Notes under the pieces: generated by a model
What the model was told of the DNA's origin: nothing
The model's database searches: none
Seen by the model: the letters and a program-made list of their open reading frames with translations, nothing else
From: an uncultured delta proteobacterium
Lineage (GTDB): Bacteria > Desulfobacterota > Binatia > UBA9968
NCBI GenBank assembly: GCA_963755715.1
Contig: CAVWLW010000001.1
Location: 64,001-128,000, forward strand
Length of the DNA: 64,000 nucleotides
Direction of reading: 5' to 3'
Translations under genes and position numbers: made by a program
In this document: piece by piece, positions 1 to 8,859 of the stretch
How positions within the stretch are numbered: position 1 is the first letter of the stretch
Layout of the letters: each line of letters starts with the position of its first letter

Positions 1-1
1 C

Positions 2-643
2 CGGGTCGAAGACCTGCGCGGCAAAGTCATCGGCATTGGCCGCTTCGGCGCCGCCGCCGATTGGGGGCTGCGCTTGATCCTCAGGAAGCTCGGCATCAAT
101 GAGAATAAGGATGTGCAAATTATCCAGGCCGGCGGCGGCGGTCCATCCACACGCCTCGCCGCGATGGAGGCCAAGAAGCTCGACGCCACCGTGCTCGATT
201 CGCCGCAGACCGTGCAGGCTCGCCGTTTAGGTTTTCGCGCTTTAGCCGACGGCGTCGAATTGGGTATTCCGTTCTTGCAGGGCGGTTTAGTGACGCGGCG
301 CGCTTACATTCAAGCTCATGAGGATACGATCCGGCGGCTCGTCCGCGTCATCGTCGAAGCGATTCATTACGCCAAGACCAATCGGGAAGCGGCGCTCAAG
401 ATCATGCAAAAGTACCTGCGCGTGCAGGATCGCGAAGCTCTCGAAGACGCCTACGAATCTTTCGTGCTCAAACAGTTTCCGCGCGCTCCGTACGCGGTGC
501 CCGCCGCCGTCCAGATTATCTTCGATCTAGCCGGCGCGCGCGACCCGCGCGCAAAAACCGCCGACCCGCAGGGATTCATCGATATGCGTTTCGTGCGTGA
601 GATCGAGCAGAGCGGCGCGATCGACCAGCTGTACGGACGTTGA
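2..643 (+). CDS. ABC-type solute-binding protein, NMT1/SsuA/TauA-like (5' partial)
   Basis: Open frame from the window edge: RVEDLRGKVIGIGRFG...RLAAMEAKKLDATVL...FIDMRFVREIEQSG, typical of NMT1/SsuA-family binding proteins. Confidence 0.85.
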   Translation, partial: RVEDLRGKVIGIGRFGAAADWGLRLILRKLGINENKDVQIIQAGGGGPSTRLAAMEAKKLDATVLDSPQTVQARRLGFRALADGVELGIPFLQGGLVTRRAYIQAHEDTIRRLVRVIVEAIHYAKTNREAALKIMQKYLRVQDREALEDAYESFVLKQFPRAPYAVPAAVQIIFDLAGARDPRAKTADPQGFIDMRFVREIEQSGAIDQLYGR

Positions 644-739
644 GGACCGCCGTAAAATCCACCTGCTTTTGCGAAATGCTTATGCGAAAATTAGAGTGGC
701 ACAACATCGACGGTCGCGATTGTCGATCCACGCTCGATG

Positions 740-1069
740 AGCCGTACATCGGTTGGCTGAGCGCTGGGCGGCGGCAACGTCGCCATTTCGTAAAAAATTC
801 TGGCGCCAGCGGCGTTTCCGGTGCCTTGACGCTCGACGAACTCGGCCACATCTTCGAGATTTTGGCAAAAAATGAACTGCTCACCTCTGGCGAGGACGGG
901 CACGGTGCGCACGCCGAGTTTAAACAGCTGCGCGCGCCCGGCAGTATCGTTCAGACATCGACGCCGCTGAAGGCGATGCTCCTTTTTTCGAAAGAAACTC
1001 TTTCGTTCCGAGGCAACTGCTTCAACCCGGTTGAGTGAACAAAACAAATTGATCGGCGCCAATTTCCAT
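740..1069 (-). pseudogene. Degraded glutaredoxin/NrdH-like selenoprotein (UxxC motif)
   Basis: AGGAG RBS, ATG at 1069, MEIGADQFVLFTQPG-TGA(1024-1022)-SSCLGTKEFLSKKG. Continues after frameshifts as IAFSGVDV / LNDTAGRAQLFKLGVRTVPVLARGEQFIFCQNLEDVAEFV (Grx cis-Pro motif TVP). 3' boundary approximate. Confidence 0.7.
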
Positions 1070-1266
1070 ATCGATTCCGCTCCTGTCGAACACCTACCAA
1101 TGACTTCCGTAGCTTGCAAGTCCAATCCTCATGGGAAATTTTGCGCCGGCATGAATGCTTTTCGCACTGGATAATAAATTTGACCTCCAATGCCGGTCTC
1201 CGATAGGATTTCCTGTCAAAGCAGCGTCGGCAACAATTGTCTAGGCGATCACGAAGGAGTTGCGAG

Positions 1267-2217
1267 ATGAAGCGCACAGGATCAGTGAGCGTTATTCTGT
1301 TGGCGATCAGTCTGTTATTACCTGGAATCACACCCGCAGCCGAGAGCCTCCAGAAAATCCGCGTCGGCCTGCCATCGCTCGCGTTGACCTACATGCCCTA
1401 TTACGTTGCCCAAGAGAAAGGCTTGCTTAGAAAGTCGGGGCTCGAAGCCGAATACATACAGATGAATTCGGGGATCCAGCCGCAAGCGGTCATTGGCGGC
1501 AACATCAATTTTTTTCCATCTTTGTCGACAGGGATCTCAGCCGCGGTTTCCGGCTTGCCATTGGTGGTGGTGCTCAATTTCTACAATATGACGCCGTGGA
1601 TGCTGGTAACCACCAAAGAAGTCAACAAACCGCAGGATCTGATCGGCAAAAAGCTCGCCGTCTCGGGCATCCGAACCTCGCCGCATCAATTCTTGATGGC
1701 GTGGTTCAAAAAGATCGAGTTCAACGAGAAAGACGTCGGCTTTATTATGACCGGCGGCACCGCCTCGAGCTTCGCGTCGCTCGCCAGCGGCCAAGTCGCC
1801 GGCGCCGTGCTAACACCACCCTTCGATGACAAGGCGGTAAGCCTCGGCTTTAAGAAATTCGCGCTTGTCGGCGACCTCGTCGATATTCCGACTTCGGGAT
1901 TGATCGCTTCCCGGGCGGAAGTCACCAACCAGCGCGATCGGGTTCAAAAAACCGTTGCAGCGCTCCTCGAAGCCGTAGCTTGGATACGCGCCAACCGCGC
2001 CGAGTCCGTAAAGATGATCGCGGAGAAGTTTAAGATCACGCCGGCCGAAGCCGAACGCACTCACGAAACCTTCGTCGGCACGTTCAATAAAGACGGCCGC
2101 TTGCCGCTGAAAGTGGCCCGCGGCTATTTGGACTTGCTGCGCCAGGAAAGACCCGTGCCGGCGGATGTCGACCCGCAAAAGTTCCTAGACTTTTCCCTGC
2201 TGCCGGGAGCGAAGTAA
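1267..2217 (+). CDS. ABC-type solute-binding protein, NMT1/SsuA-like
   Basis: AAGGAG RBS, signal peptide, YMPYYVAQEKG and DLIGKKLAVSG motifs. Confidence 0.88.
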   Translation: MKRTGSVSVILLAISLLLPGITPAAESLQKIRVGLPSLALTYMPYYVAQEKGLLRKSGLEAEYIQMNSGIQPQAVIGGNINFFPSLSTGISAAVSGLPLVVVLNFYNMTPWMLVTTKEVNKPQDLIGKKLAVSGIRTSPHQFLMAWFKKIEFNEKDVGFIMTGGTASSFASLASGQVAGAVLTPPFDDKAVSLGFKKFALVGDLVDIPTSGLIASRAEVTNQRDRVQKTVAALLEAVAWIRANRAESVKMIAEKFKITPAEAERTHETFVGTFNKDGRLPLKVARGYLDLLRQERPVPADVDPQKFLDFSLLPGAK

Positions 2218-2287
2218 GCAGGTCGACGGGATTCGCAATCCATCGCCTAGAGGCCAACACCATGCGTTCCCGCGCCATAAAGGTTAT

Positions 2288-3232
2288 ATGAAAAATTTCC
2301 TGCCGGCTTTATTCTTGTTGCTATCCGTTTGCCAACTCGCCCGCGCGGCGGAAGTTCAAGTGGTCACCGTCGCTTTGGTGTCGCCGAGCTGGAATACCGG
2401 CTTACCCACTGCGGTTGCGCGGGGCGCCGGCTTTTTTAAGGAAGAAGGTTTGGATGTCAGACCCGTAACGCTGTCCAGCAGCGGCCCGATCATGATGGCG
2501 CTGCTCATGAGCGGTCACGCGGACTTAGTCATAGCCGGCGCGGTAGCGATCTTGCGCGGCATCTCGCAAAACGCTCCTGTGGTGGTGGTCAGCGGTCATC
2601 TGAATCGAATGAGCTACGCGCTCATGAGCGCCAAGGACTTGAAGACGGTGGCGGATTTGCGCGGCAAGACCATCGGCATTACCGGCATCGGCGGCATGGG
2701 AGAATTTACCGTGGTCGAGTCGTTGCGCCGCAGCGGCTTGGTCAAAGATCGGGATTTTACCGTACTGAATATTGAAGGCGGGCCGGCAGCGCGAATTGCC
2801 GCGCTAAAAACCGGCAAAGTGCAGGCAGTGCCGCTGACACCGGGACAACGCGTGCAGATTGAAAACGAAGGATATCCCGTGCTCTTGGATACCCGCGAGT
2901 CGCTCCCGGAGATTCCTTCGACGATCATCGCGTCGACAAAGGAATTCACCAGCTCCAGCCCGGATAAGATCACGCGTTTTTTACGCGCGCTGTCGAGAGC
3001 GATGGAGCTGATCCGCCGGGACAAAGACAAGGCGATCGCGCTCGGCAAGAGCCAGGGATTGCGCGGCGATCTTGCGCTGGAACGCAAAGCGCTGGACTAT
3101 TACGCCGACGACCTCGACATCCGTCTTAAGAAGGAAAACATCGCCGCGCTTTTGAAACCGATCGGGATTTCGGAAGCGCCGCAAAAATATTTCGATGAAA
3201 GCTTCTTGACGCGGGCCACCGGGCTTCGTTAA
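2288..3232 (+). CDS. ABC-type solute-binding protein, NMT1/SsuA-like
   Basis: Signal peptide, GFFKEEGLDV and DLRGKTIGITGIG motifs. Confidence 0.88.
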   Translation: MKNFLPALFLLLSVCQLARAAEVQVVTVALVSPSWNTGLPTAVARGAGFFKEEGLDVRPVTLSSSGPIMMALLMSGHADLVIAGAVAILRGISQNAPVVVVSGHLNRMSYALMSAKDLKTVADLRGKTIGITGIGGMGEFTVVESLRRSGLVKDRDFTVLNIEGGPAARIAALKTGKVQAVPLTPGQRVQIENEGYPVLLDTRESLPEIPSTIIASTKEFTSSSPDKITRFLRALSRAMELIRRDKDKAIALGKSQGLRGDLALERKALDYYADDLDIRLKKENIAALLKPIGISEAPQKYFDESFLTRATGLR

Positions 3233-3268
3233 GAAAGAATCAACATTGTCATGACTCGGAGGTTTCCA

Positions 3269-4003
3269 ATGGACTCAGAACGGACAATCGAACTCGCCGC
3301 GGAGCGCACCGGTCTGATCATCGTCGATATGCAGGCTGAAGGCTGCGCAAGGCACGGACCGGGACTCAAACCGGTGATCAAAAATATTCGCTCTTTATTG
3401 GACCGTTTTCGCGAGGCCGGTGGCAAGATCATCCATATTCAATCGGTCAGGGCGAAAGATCATCCCGAGTTCACTTTCTTTGGCAAGCCCTACTCTCTTC
3501 TCGACAACAGCCCCGCCGTGGAGTTTGTCGACGAATTGAAACCTGATCCGAGCGAGGTCGTCGTCAAAAAATACTCCCATGACTGTTTCTATCAAACGAC
3601 CCTGGAAGATCGCCTCAAAGAGCTCGATCTTCGCCCTTGCAGAGACCACGTGGTCGTCACGGGAATCGGCTCGAACAATTGTGTTTACCACGCGGTTATC
3701 GGCTTTCACATTCGCAACTACATCATCCACGTCCCGGAAGATTGCATCCATGCGAGCCAAGCCGAGGGCCAGCAGTTTGCGCTGAGCCAGTTCCGCTCAC
3801 CCGCATACAATTACAACGTGGGTGTTACCACGATCGGAAAACATCAAGCTTTCGGCAGTCATGGATCGAGCGGCGGTCAATCTTTAAGATCGGCTTCGAA
3901 TCGCATCGTTAGCTCGTTCTTGCGCTGGATTAAACCAAGCATACGCTCCAGACTGCGCTGGGCGTTTCCAATGGCCAAGCAAAATCGAGATCCTTTCCCC
4001 TGA
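3269..4003 (+). CDS. Isochorismatase-family cysteine hydrolase
   Basis: LIIVDMQ, VVKKYSHDCF and GIGSNNCV give the Asp-Lys-Cys triad; GGAGG RBS before 3269. True stop may be TAA at 3885-3887 via a +1 frameshift near 3833. Confidence 0.8.
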   Translation: MDSERTIELAAERTGLIIVDMQAEGCARHGPGLKPVIKNIRSLLDRFREAGGKIIHIQSVRAKDHPEFTFFGKPYSLLDNSPAVEFVDELKPDPSEVVVKKYSHDCFYQTTLEDRLKELDLRPCRDHVVVTGIGSNNCVYHAVIGFHIRNYIIHVPEDCIHASQAEGQQFALSQFRSPAYNYNVGVTTIGKHQAFGSHGSSGGQSLRSASNRIVSSFLRWIKPSIRSRLRWAFPMAKQNRDPFP

Positions 4004-4034
4004 AATCAGTATCCTCGCAACGATCGTCCGGCTT

Positions 4035-4043
4035 TGCTACGAT
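4035..4043 (+). promoter_or_regulatory. Extended -10 element (TGcTACGAT) 8 nt upstream of thiD ATG, leaderless-type
   Basis: Sequence match to TGnTATAAT; no Shine-Dalgarno between it and the ATG. Confidence 0.5.
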
Positions 4044-4051
4044 GCCGCTCG

Positions 4052-4849
4052 ATGAAAGCCATCCGTAAAGCGTTGACGATCGCCGGTTCCGACTCCGGCG
4101 CCGGCGCGGGCATTCAAGCCGATCTGAAAACTTTTGCCGCCCTCGGCGTCTACGGCACTTCGGCGCTTACCGCGATCACCGCGCAGAACACGATCGGCGT
4201 AACCCAAGTCTTGGCGTTACATCCGGATCTCGTCGCGGCTGAGATCGACGCGGTCATTTCAGACATCGGCGCGCATGCGCTTAAGACCGGCATGCTGGCC
4301 AATACGGCGATCATTCAAATGGTCGCCAAGAAAATTCAACAGCATCGCTTGAAAAATCTCGTCGTCGATCCGGTGATGGTGGCGACTTCCGGCGACCTGC
4401 TGATCAAAAAAAATGCCGTCACGGCGCTTCGCTCGATTCTAATTCCGCTCGCCGCCGTGGTAACGCCCAATATCCCGGAAGCGGAAGAGCTCACGGGTTT
4501 AAAGCTGCGCACGCCCCAAGACATCGAAGAGGCGGCGCGGCGCATCGTCGAGATGGGCGCTAAGACGGTCGTGATCAAAGGCGGTCATCGCCGCGGACCG
4601 GCGGTGGATTTATTTTTTGACGGGAAAAAATTTCGCTCGCTGCACGCGGCCCGCGTTCGCACCAAGAATACGCACGGCACCGGCTGCACTTTTTCGGCGG
4701 CGATCGCCGCCTACCTCGCTAAAGGCGAAACATCGGCAAGAGCCGTTTCATTGGCCAAGCAGTACATCACCCGCGCCATTCGCGCCGGCTTTGTCGTCGG
4801 CGCCGGTCATAGCCCGGTGCATCATTTTTATCGGTTTTGGAGAAACTAA
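4052..4849 (+). CDS. thiD: Hydroxymethylpyrimidine/phosphomethylpyrimidine kinase
   Basis: TIAGSDSGAGAGIQADLKTF, VVDPVMVATSG, NTHGTGCTFS. Confidence 0.95.
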   Translation: MKAIRKALTIAGSDSGAGAGIQADLKTFAALGVYGTSALTAITAQNTIGVTQVLALHPDLVAAEIDAVISDIGAHALKTGMLANTAIIQMVAKKIQQHRLKNLVVDPVMVATSGDLLIKKNAVTALRSILIPLAAVVTPNIPEAEELTGLKLRTPQDIEEAARRIVEMGAKTVVIKGGHRRGPAVDLFFDGKKFRSLHAARVRTKNTHGTGCTFSAAIAAYLAKGETSARAVSLAKQYITRAIRAGFVVGAGHSPVHHFYRFWRN

Positions 4850-4854
4850 AGGTG

Positions 4855-4905
4855 GAAGATAGAGGATTGAGAATCGCGATCTTCGATCCTCTATCCTCGA
4901 TTCTC
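4855..4905. repeat. 7-nt-period palindromic repeat (GAGGATA-like units and their complement) between convergent thiD and pyrF
   Basis: gaagata gaggatt gagaatc gc gatcttc gatcctc tatcctc gattctc forms a long imperfect hairpin. Confidence 0.75.
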
Positions 4906-4952
4906 ACCTGACATCGACTATCGAAATAGGGCAAATTTAAGACTACCCAGAA

Positions 4953-5708
4953 TTACTTGCCACCGTCTTCCATGTCAGCGACGATCGCGCGCGCAGCGCC
5001 GACTGGATCTTTGGCTTCGAGGATCGGCCGGCCTACGACTATATAATCGACGCCGGCCCGGATCGCTTGGGACGGCGTCATCACCCGCTGCTGATCATTG
5101 CGGTTGGCTTCGGCCGGCCGGATACCCGGCGTCACGATTACGAAACGGCGGCCGCAGGCGGCGCGAATATCAGCAACTTCGTGCGGCGACGCGACCACGC
5201 CGTCCATCCCCGCCTCTTTAGTCAAAAGCGCCAGGCGCACGACTTGATCCGCGACTTTGTGTTCCACCCCGACGCGTTGCAAATCGTCTTGGCCCAGACT
5301 CGTCAACACCGTCACCGCCAGCATGATCGGCCGGCGCAGCTTTGTCCGGCGACAGACGCGCTCCACGTCTTTGGCTGTGGTGCGCATCATCTCGAGACTG
5401 CCCGAGGCGTGGACGTTAAACATCTTGACGCCCAGTCGGGTTGCCTCGATGGCCGCTTTGGCGACCGTGTTGGGAATGTCGTGAAATTTCAAGTCGAGAA
5501 AAATCTCGCCGCCGAGATGCTGAATCAAACGCACCGCCTGCGGCCCGGCATGGGTAAAGAGCTGCTTGCCGATCTTGAACATGCCGACTTCGCGGGCAAG
5601 CAGGCGGACCAATTCTTCCGCTTGTTCGAGATTGTCAACGTCGAGGGCAACGATCAATCGCTCGCGCATGGACCCGTGTCGACGAACCAGCTCGAGCTTG
5701 GAAGCCAT
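4953..5708 (-). CDS. pyrF: Orotidine-5'-phosphate decarboxylase
   Basis: LIVALD, IFLDLKFHDIPNTV, VTPGIRP, IVVGRPI. Confidence 0.97.
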   Translation of the reverse strand: MASKLELVRRHGSMRERLIVALDVDNLEQAEELVRLLAREVGMFKIGKQLFTHAGPQAVRLIQHLGGEIFLDLKFHDIPNTVAKAAIEATRLGVKMFNVHASGSLEMMRTTAKDVERVCRRTKLRRPIMLAVTVLTSLGQDDLQRVGVEHKVADQVVRLALLTKEAGMDGVVASPHEVADIRAACGRRFVIVTPGIRPAEANRNDQQRVMTPSQAIRAGVDYIVVGRPILEAKDPVGAARAIVADMEDGGK

Positions 5709-5711
5709 GTT

Positions 5712-7439
5712 TTACGCCTGCAGCGCCTGGTTGACGATCGCGCGAATTTTTGTTGCGCCGTCGGCGACCGGCACCTCTTCGGTCTTGCCCTCGCGGCGCG
5801 AGCGCAGCTCAAGACAACCCTTTTCCAGACCTTTGGCGCCGATGGTGACGCGCAAGGGAATGCCGACCAAGTCGGCGTCCTTGAACTTCACGCCGGGGCG
5901 CTCGTCACGGTCGTCGAGCAAAACTTCCACACCGTGCTTTTGCAGCTCGCCGTAGAGGTTGTCAGTGGCTTCGCGAATCGACTGGTCTTTGTAATTGATC
6001 GGCAACAGTAAGACTTGAAATGGCGCGACGGAAAACGGCCAGATGATGCCGTTCGCGTCGTGATTTTGTTCGATGGCGGCGGCAACTAGGCGGCTCACGC
6101 CAATGCCGTAGCAGCCCATCTCGATCGGCCGTTCGCGTCCCTCGGCGTCGAGATAGGTAGCGCCCATAGCGACGCTGTATTTTGTGCCGAGATAAAATAC
6201 TTGGCCGACTTCGATGCCGCGATGCGCTTCGAGCCGGCCGTGCTCACAGCGTGGGCAGGGATCGCCGGCGATCGCGAGTCTCAGATCCGCGAACACCGTC
6301 GGCGTAAAGTCACGCTCCTGATCGACGTTGATGAAGTGGGCGTTGGGCTCGTTGGCGCCGGTGACCGCCGCGCGCATACCGTGCACCGAGAGGTCGGCCA
6401 GGACGCGGAGCTTTAAGCCGATCGGCCCGAGAAATCCCGGTGCCACGCCGATGGCCGTGGCGACTGAAGCTTCATCCGCCAAAGCAATCTCGCGACAGCC
6501 TAAAACCGTCTTGAGCTTGAGCTCGTTGACCTCGTGGTCGCCGCGCGCGAGAACGGCGACGAACTCGCCGCTATCGGTCCTGTAGACCAGCGTCTTGATA
6601 AAATTTTCGCTCGGCAGCTTGAGATACTCGGCCACTTCGGCGACGCTTTTCTTTCCCGGCGTGGAAACTTTTTCCAGCTTGGGCGACACTTCGGCGATGT
6701 CGCGCCCGGTGGGGCGAGCGGCTTTGACTTCCGCCTTTTCCACGTTGGCGGCATAATCGCAGGTATTGCAGCTTACGATGGCGTCTTCGCCGGACTCCGC
6801 GAGCACTTGAAATTCATGGGATTGACTTCCTCCGATCGTGCCGGTGTCGGCTTCAACGGGCCGAAAGCGCAAACCGCAACGGCTGAAGATCCGCTTATAG
6901 GTTTGGTACATGTTGTCGTATTCCCGGCGGCAGTCTTCGACATCCGTGTGAAAACTGTAAGCGTCCTTCATGATGAATTCGCGACCGCGCATCAAGCCGA
7001 AGCGGGGCCGTGGTTCGTCGCGAAATTTTGTTTGAATCTGATAAAGATTGAACGGCAGCTCGCGATAGGAGCGCACGGAACGGCGCACCAAATCGGTGAC
7101 AATTTCTTCGTGGGTCGGACCGAGACAGAAGTCGCGCTCATTGCGATCTTTGAAACGCAAGAGCTCTTTACCGTACATCTCCCATCGGCCGCTCTCCTGC
7201 CAAAGTTCCGCCGGCGCCGTGATCGGCATGAGCAGCTCCTGGGCGCCCGCCCGGTTCATTTCCTCTCGGACAATTTGCTCGATCTTGCGAATGACGCGCA
7301 GCGCCAAAGGAAAGTAGTCATAGACGCCGCGGCTCACTTGCCGAATAAAGCCGGCACGGACCAGAAGCTTGTGGCTGATGACTTCGGCGTCAGCCGGATC
7401 TTCTTTGAGCGTGGGTATGAGGATTTTGCTCCAACGCAT
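5712..7439 (-). CDS. proS: Proline--tRNA ligase
   Basis: LGPTHEE, KFRDEPRPRFGLMRGREF, MGCYGIGVSR, INS editing domain. Confidence 0.98.
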   Translation of the reverse strand: MRWSKILIPTLKEDPADAEVISHKLLVRAGFIRQVSRGVYDYFPLALRVIRKIEQIVREEMNRAGAQELLMPITAPAELWQESGRWEMYGKELLRFKDRNERDFCLGPTHEEIVTDLVRRSVRSYRELPFNLYQIQTKFRDEPRPRFGLMRGREFIMKDAYSFHTDVEDCRREYDNMYQTYKRIFSRCGLRFRPVEADTGTIGGSQSHEFQVLAESGEDAIVSCNTCDYAANVEKAEVKAARPTGRDIAEVSPKLEKVSTPGKKSVAEVAEYLKLPSENFIKTLVYRTDSGEFVAVLARGDHEVNELKLKTVLGCREIALADEASVATAIGVAPGFLGPIGLKLRVLADLSVHGMRAAVTGANEPNAHFINVDQERDFTPTVFADLRLAIAGDPCPRCEHGRLEAHRGIEVGQVFYLGTKYSVAMGATYLDAEGRERPIEMGCYGIGVSRLVAAAIEQNHDANGIIWPFSVAPFQVLLLPINYKDQSIREATDNLYGELQKHGVEVLLDDRDERPGVKFKDADLVGIPLRVTIGAKGLEKGCLELRSRREGKTEEVPVADGATKIRAIVNQALQA

Positions 7440-7532
7440 AACGTTGTCTGACGATTCGTAAGATTGACTGCGGCTTGCGCACTTTGTTTAGCGCCGGTTC
7501 CTAGCGCTGCGCTTCGTCAATGAAGTCAGTGT

Positions 7533-7645
7533 TTACCACAAAACGCACAAAGGACGCGAAGGTTTCGGATAAAAAGAAGTTTGGCCTTCGTGCCATTGGC
7601 GATAAAAACTTCCGTCTTGTTCCTCGGCCGCGGCGCCGCCGCGCG
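7533..7645. repeat. Degenerate 9-nt-period REP-like palindrome plus GC-rich mini-hairpin
   Basis: accacaaaacgcacaaaggacgcgaagg ... ccttcgtgccattggcgataaa, followed by gccgcggcgccgccgcgc. Confidence 0.5.
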
Positions 7646-7678
7646 ATATCGAGCTGATTGGGAAAGGGAAGAGAGCAA

Positions 7679-8776
7679 TCAGGCGTCGGCCGCCGCCGCT
7701 TGTTCCAATTTTTTTTCGGCAGCGAATTTTTCGACTTCTTCCATCAACGCGTCGACGATTTGCGCTTCGGGGACCTTGCGAATGATTTCACCGCGCTTGA
7801 AGATCAGGCCGATTCCCTTACCGCCCGCCACGCCAAGATCGGCCGCACGCGCTTCACCGGGGCCATTCACTTCGCAGCCCATCACCGCCACGTGAATGTC
7901 GAGGTTGCTATAAGGCAGCATTCTTTCTTCGACGGTTTTGGCCAATCCGACGAGATCCACGTCGGCGCGGCCACAAGACGGACAGGCAACGAAGGTCAAG
8001 CCTTCCTTTTTGAGCCCGAGCGATTTGAGGATTTCTCTACCGACGCGCACTTCTTCCACCGGATCGGCGGCCAGCGAAACCCGAATCGTGTCGCCGATAC
8101 CCTCGGCGAGCAGGGTGCCCAAACCGACGGCGGATTTGATCGTGCCGATCGACGGCGTGCCCGCCTCGGTGACGCCCAAGTGGAACGGATACTCGACCTG
8201 CTCGGCGAGCATGCGATAGGCTTCGATCATCATCAGCGGATCGGAGGCTTTGAGCGAAATCTTGATTTCGTTATAGCCGACGTCTTCGAGGATACGGATA
8301 TGGCGCAGGCCACTTTCGACCATGCCCGCAGCGGTCGGTCCGTCGTATTTTTGCAGCAAATCTTTTTCCAGCGAGCCGGCGTTGACGCCGATGCGAATCG
8401 GGATCTTGCGCTCGGAGGCGGCACGCACCACCTCTTCGACGTATTTGCGCGCGCCGATGTTGCCCGGATTGAGGCGCAAGCCGTCGACTCCCTGCTCGAT
8501 CGCGATCAGCGCAAGTTTATAGTTGAAGTGAATGTCGGCGACCAACGGGATGCGGATTCTCTTTTTTATATCGCCCAACTGCAACGCGGCTTCGCGCACC
8601 GGCACGGCACAGCGAATGATTTCGCAGCCGGCCGCCTCGAGATCCCATATTTGCTGCACCGTGGCGCGCACGTCGCGCGTGTCGGTCTTGGTCATCGACT
8701 GCACGGTGATCGGCGCGTCGCCGCCGACTTTGACTTTGCCGAGCTGGATGGGTCTGGTTTTACGGCGTTGTATCAT
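7679..8776 (-). CDS. ispG: 4-hydroxy-3-methylbut-2-en-1-yl diphosphate synthase (flavodoxin)
   Basis: VQSMT, LVADIHF, RLNPGNIG, ACPSCGR, VMGCEVNGPGEA. Confidence 0.98.
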   Translation of the reverse strand: MIQRRKTRPIQLGKVKVGGDAPITVQSMTKTDTRDVRATVQQIWDLEAAGCEIIRCAVPVREAALQLGDIKKRIRIPLVADIHFNYKLALIAIEQGVDGLRLNPGNIGARKYVEEVVRAASERKIPIRIGVNAGSLEKDLLQKYDGPTAAGMVESGLRHIRILEDVGYNEIKISLKASDPLMMIEAYRMLAEQVEYPFHLGVTEAGTPSIGTIKSAVGLGTLLAEGIGDTIRVSLAADPVEEVRVGREILKSLGLKKEGLTFVACPSCGRADVDLVGLAKTVEERMLPYSNLDIHVAVMGCEVNGPGEARAADLGVAGGKGIGLIFKRGEIIRKVPEAQIVDALMEEVEKFAAEKKLEQAAAADA

Positions 8777-8782
8777 TTGTCC

Positions 8783-8811
8783 ACTATAGAGAACCGACAG
8801 CGGCGGGTCAA
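8783..8811 (-). promoter_or_regulatory. sigma70 promoter TTGACC-17-TATAGT, 6 nt before ispG ATG (leaderless-type)
   Basis: Direct consensus match with 17-bp spacer; no room for a Shine-Dalgarno. Confidence 0.65.
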
Positions 8812-8859
8812 CAAACTGAAATGGGCGGACGGATGGCGGCCCGGCGCTTGTTGATCATC

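Noticed and set aside
5067-8854. Long antisense ORFs (5067-6011, 6534-7451, 7658-8854) and similar ones opposite gyrAB, the Lon-like gene and ribB
   Set aside because: Shadow ORFs of GC-rich codon usage opposite well-conserved genes; no recognisable motifs.
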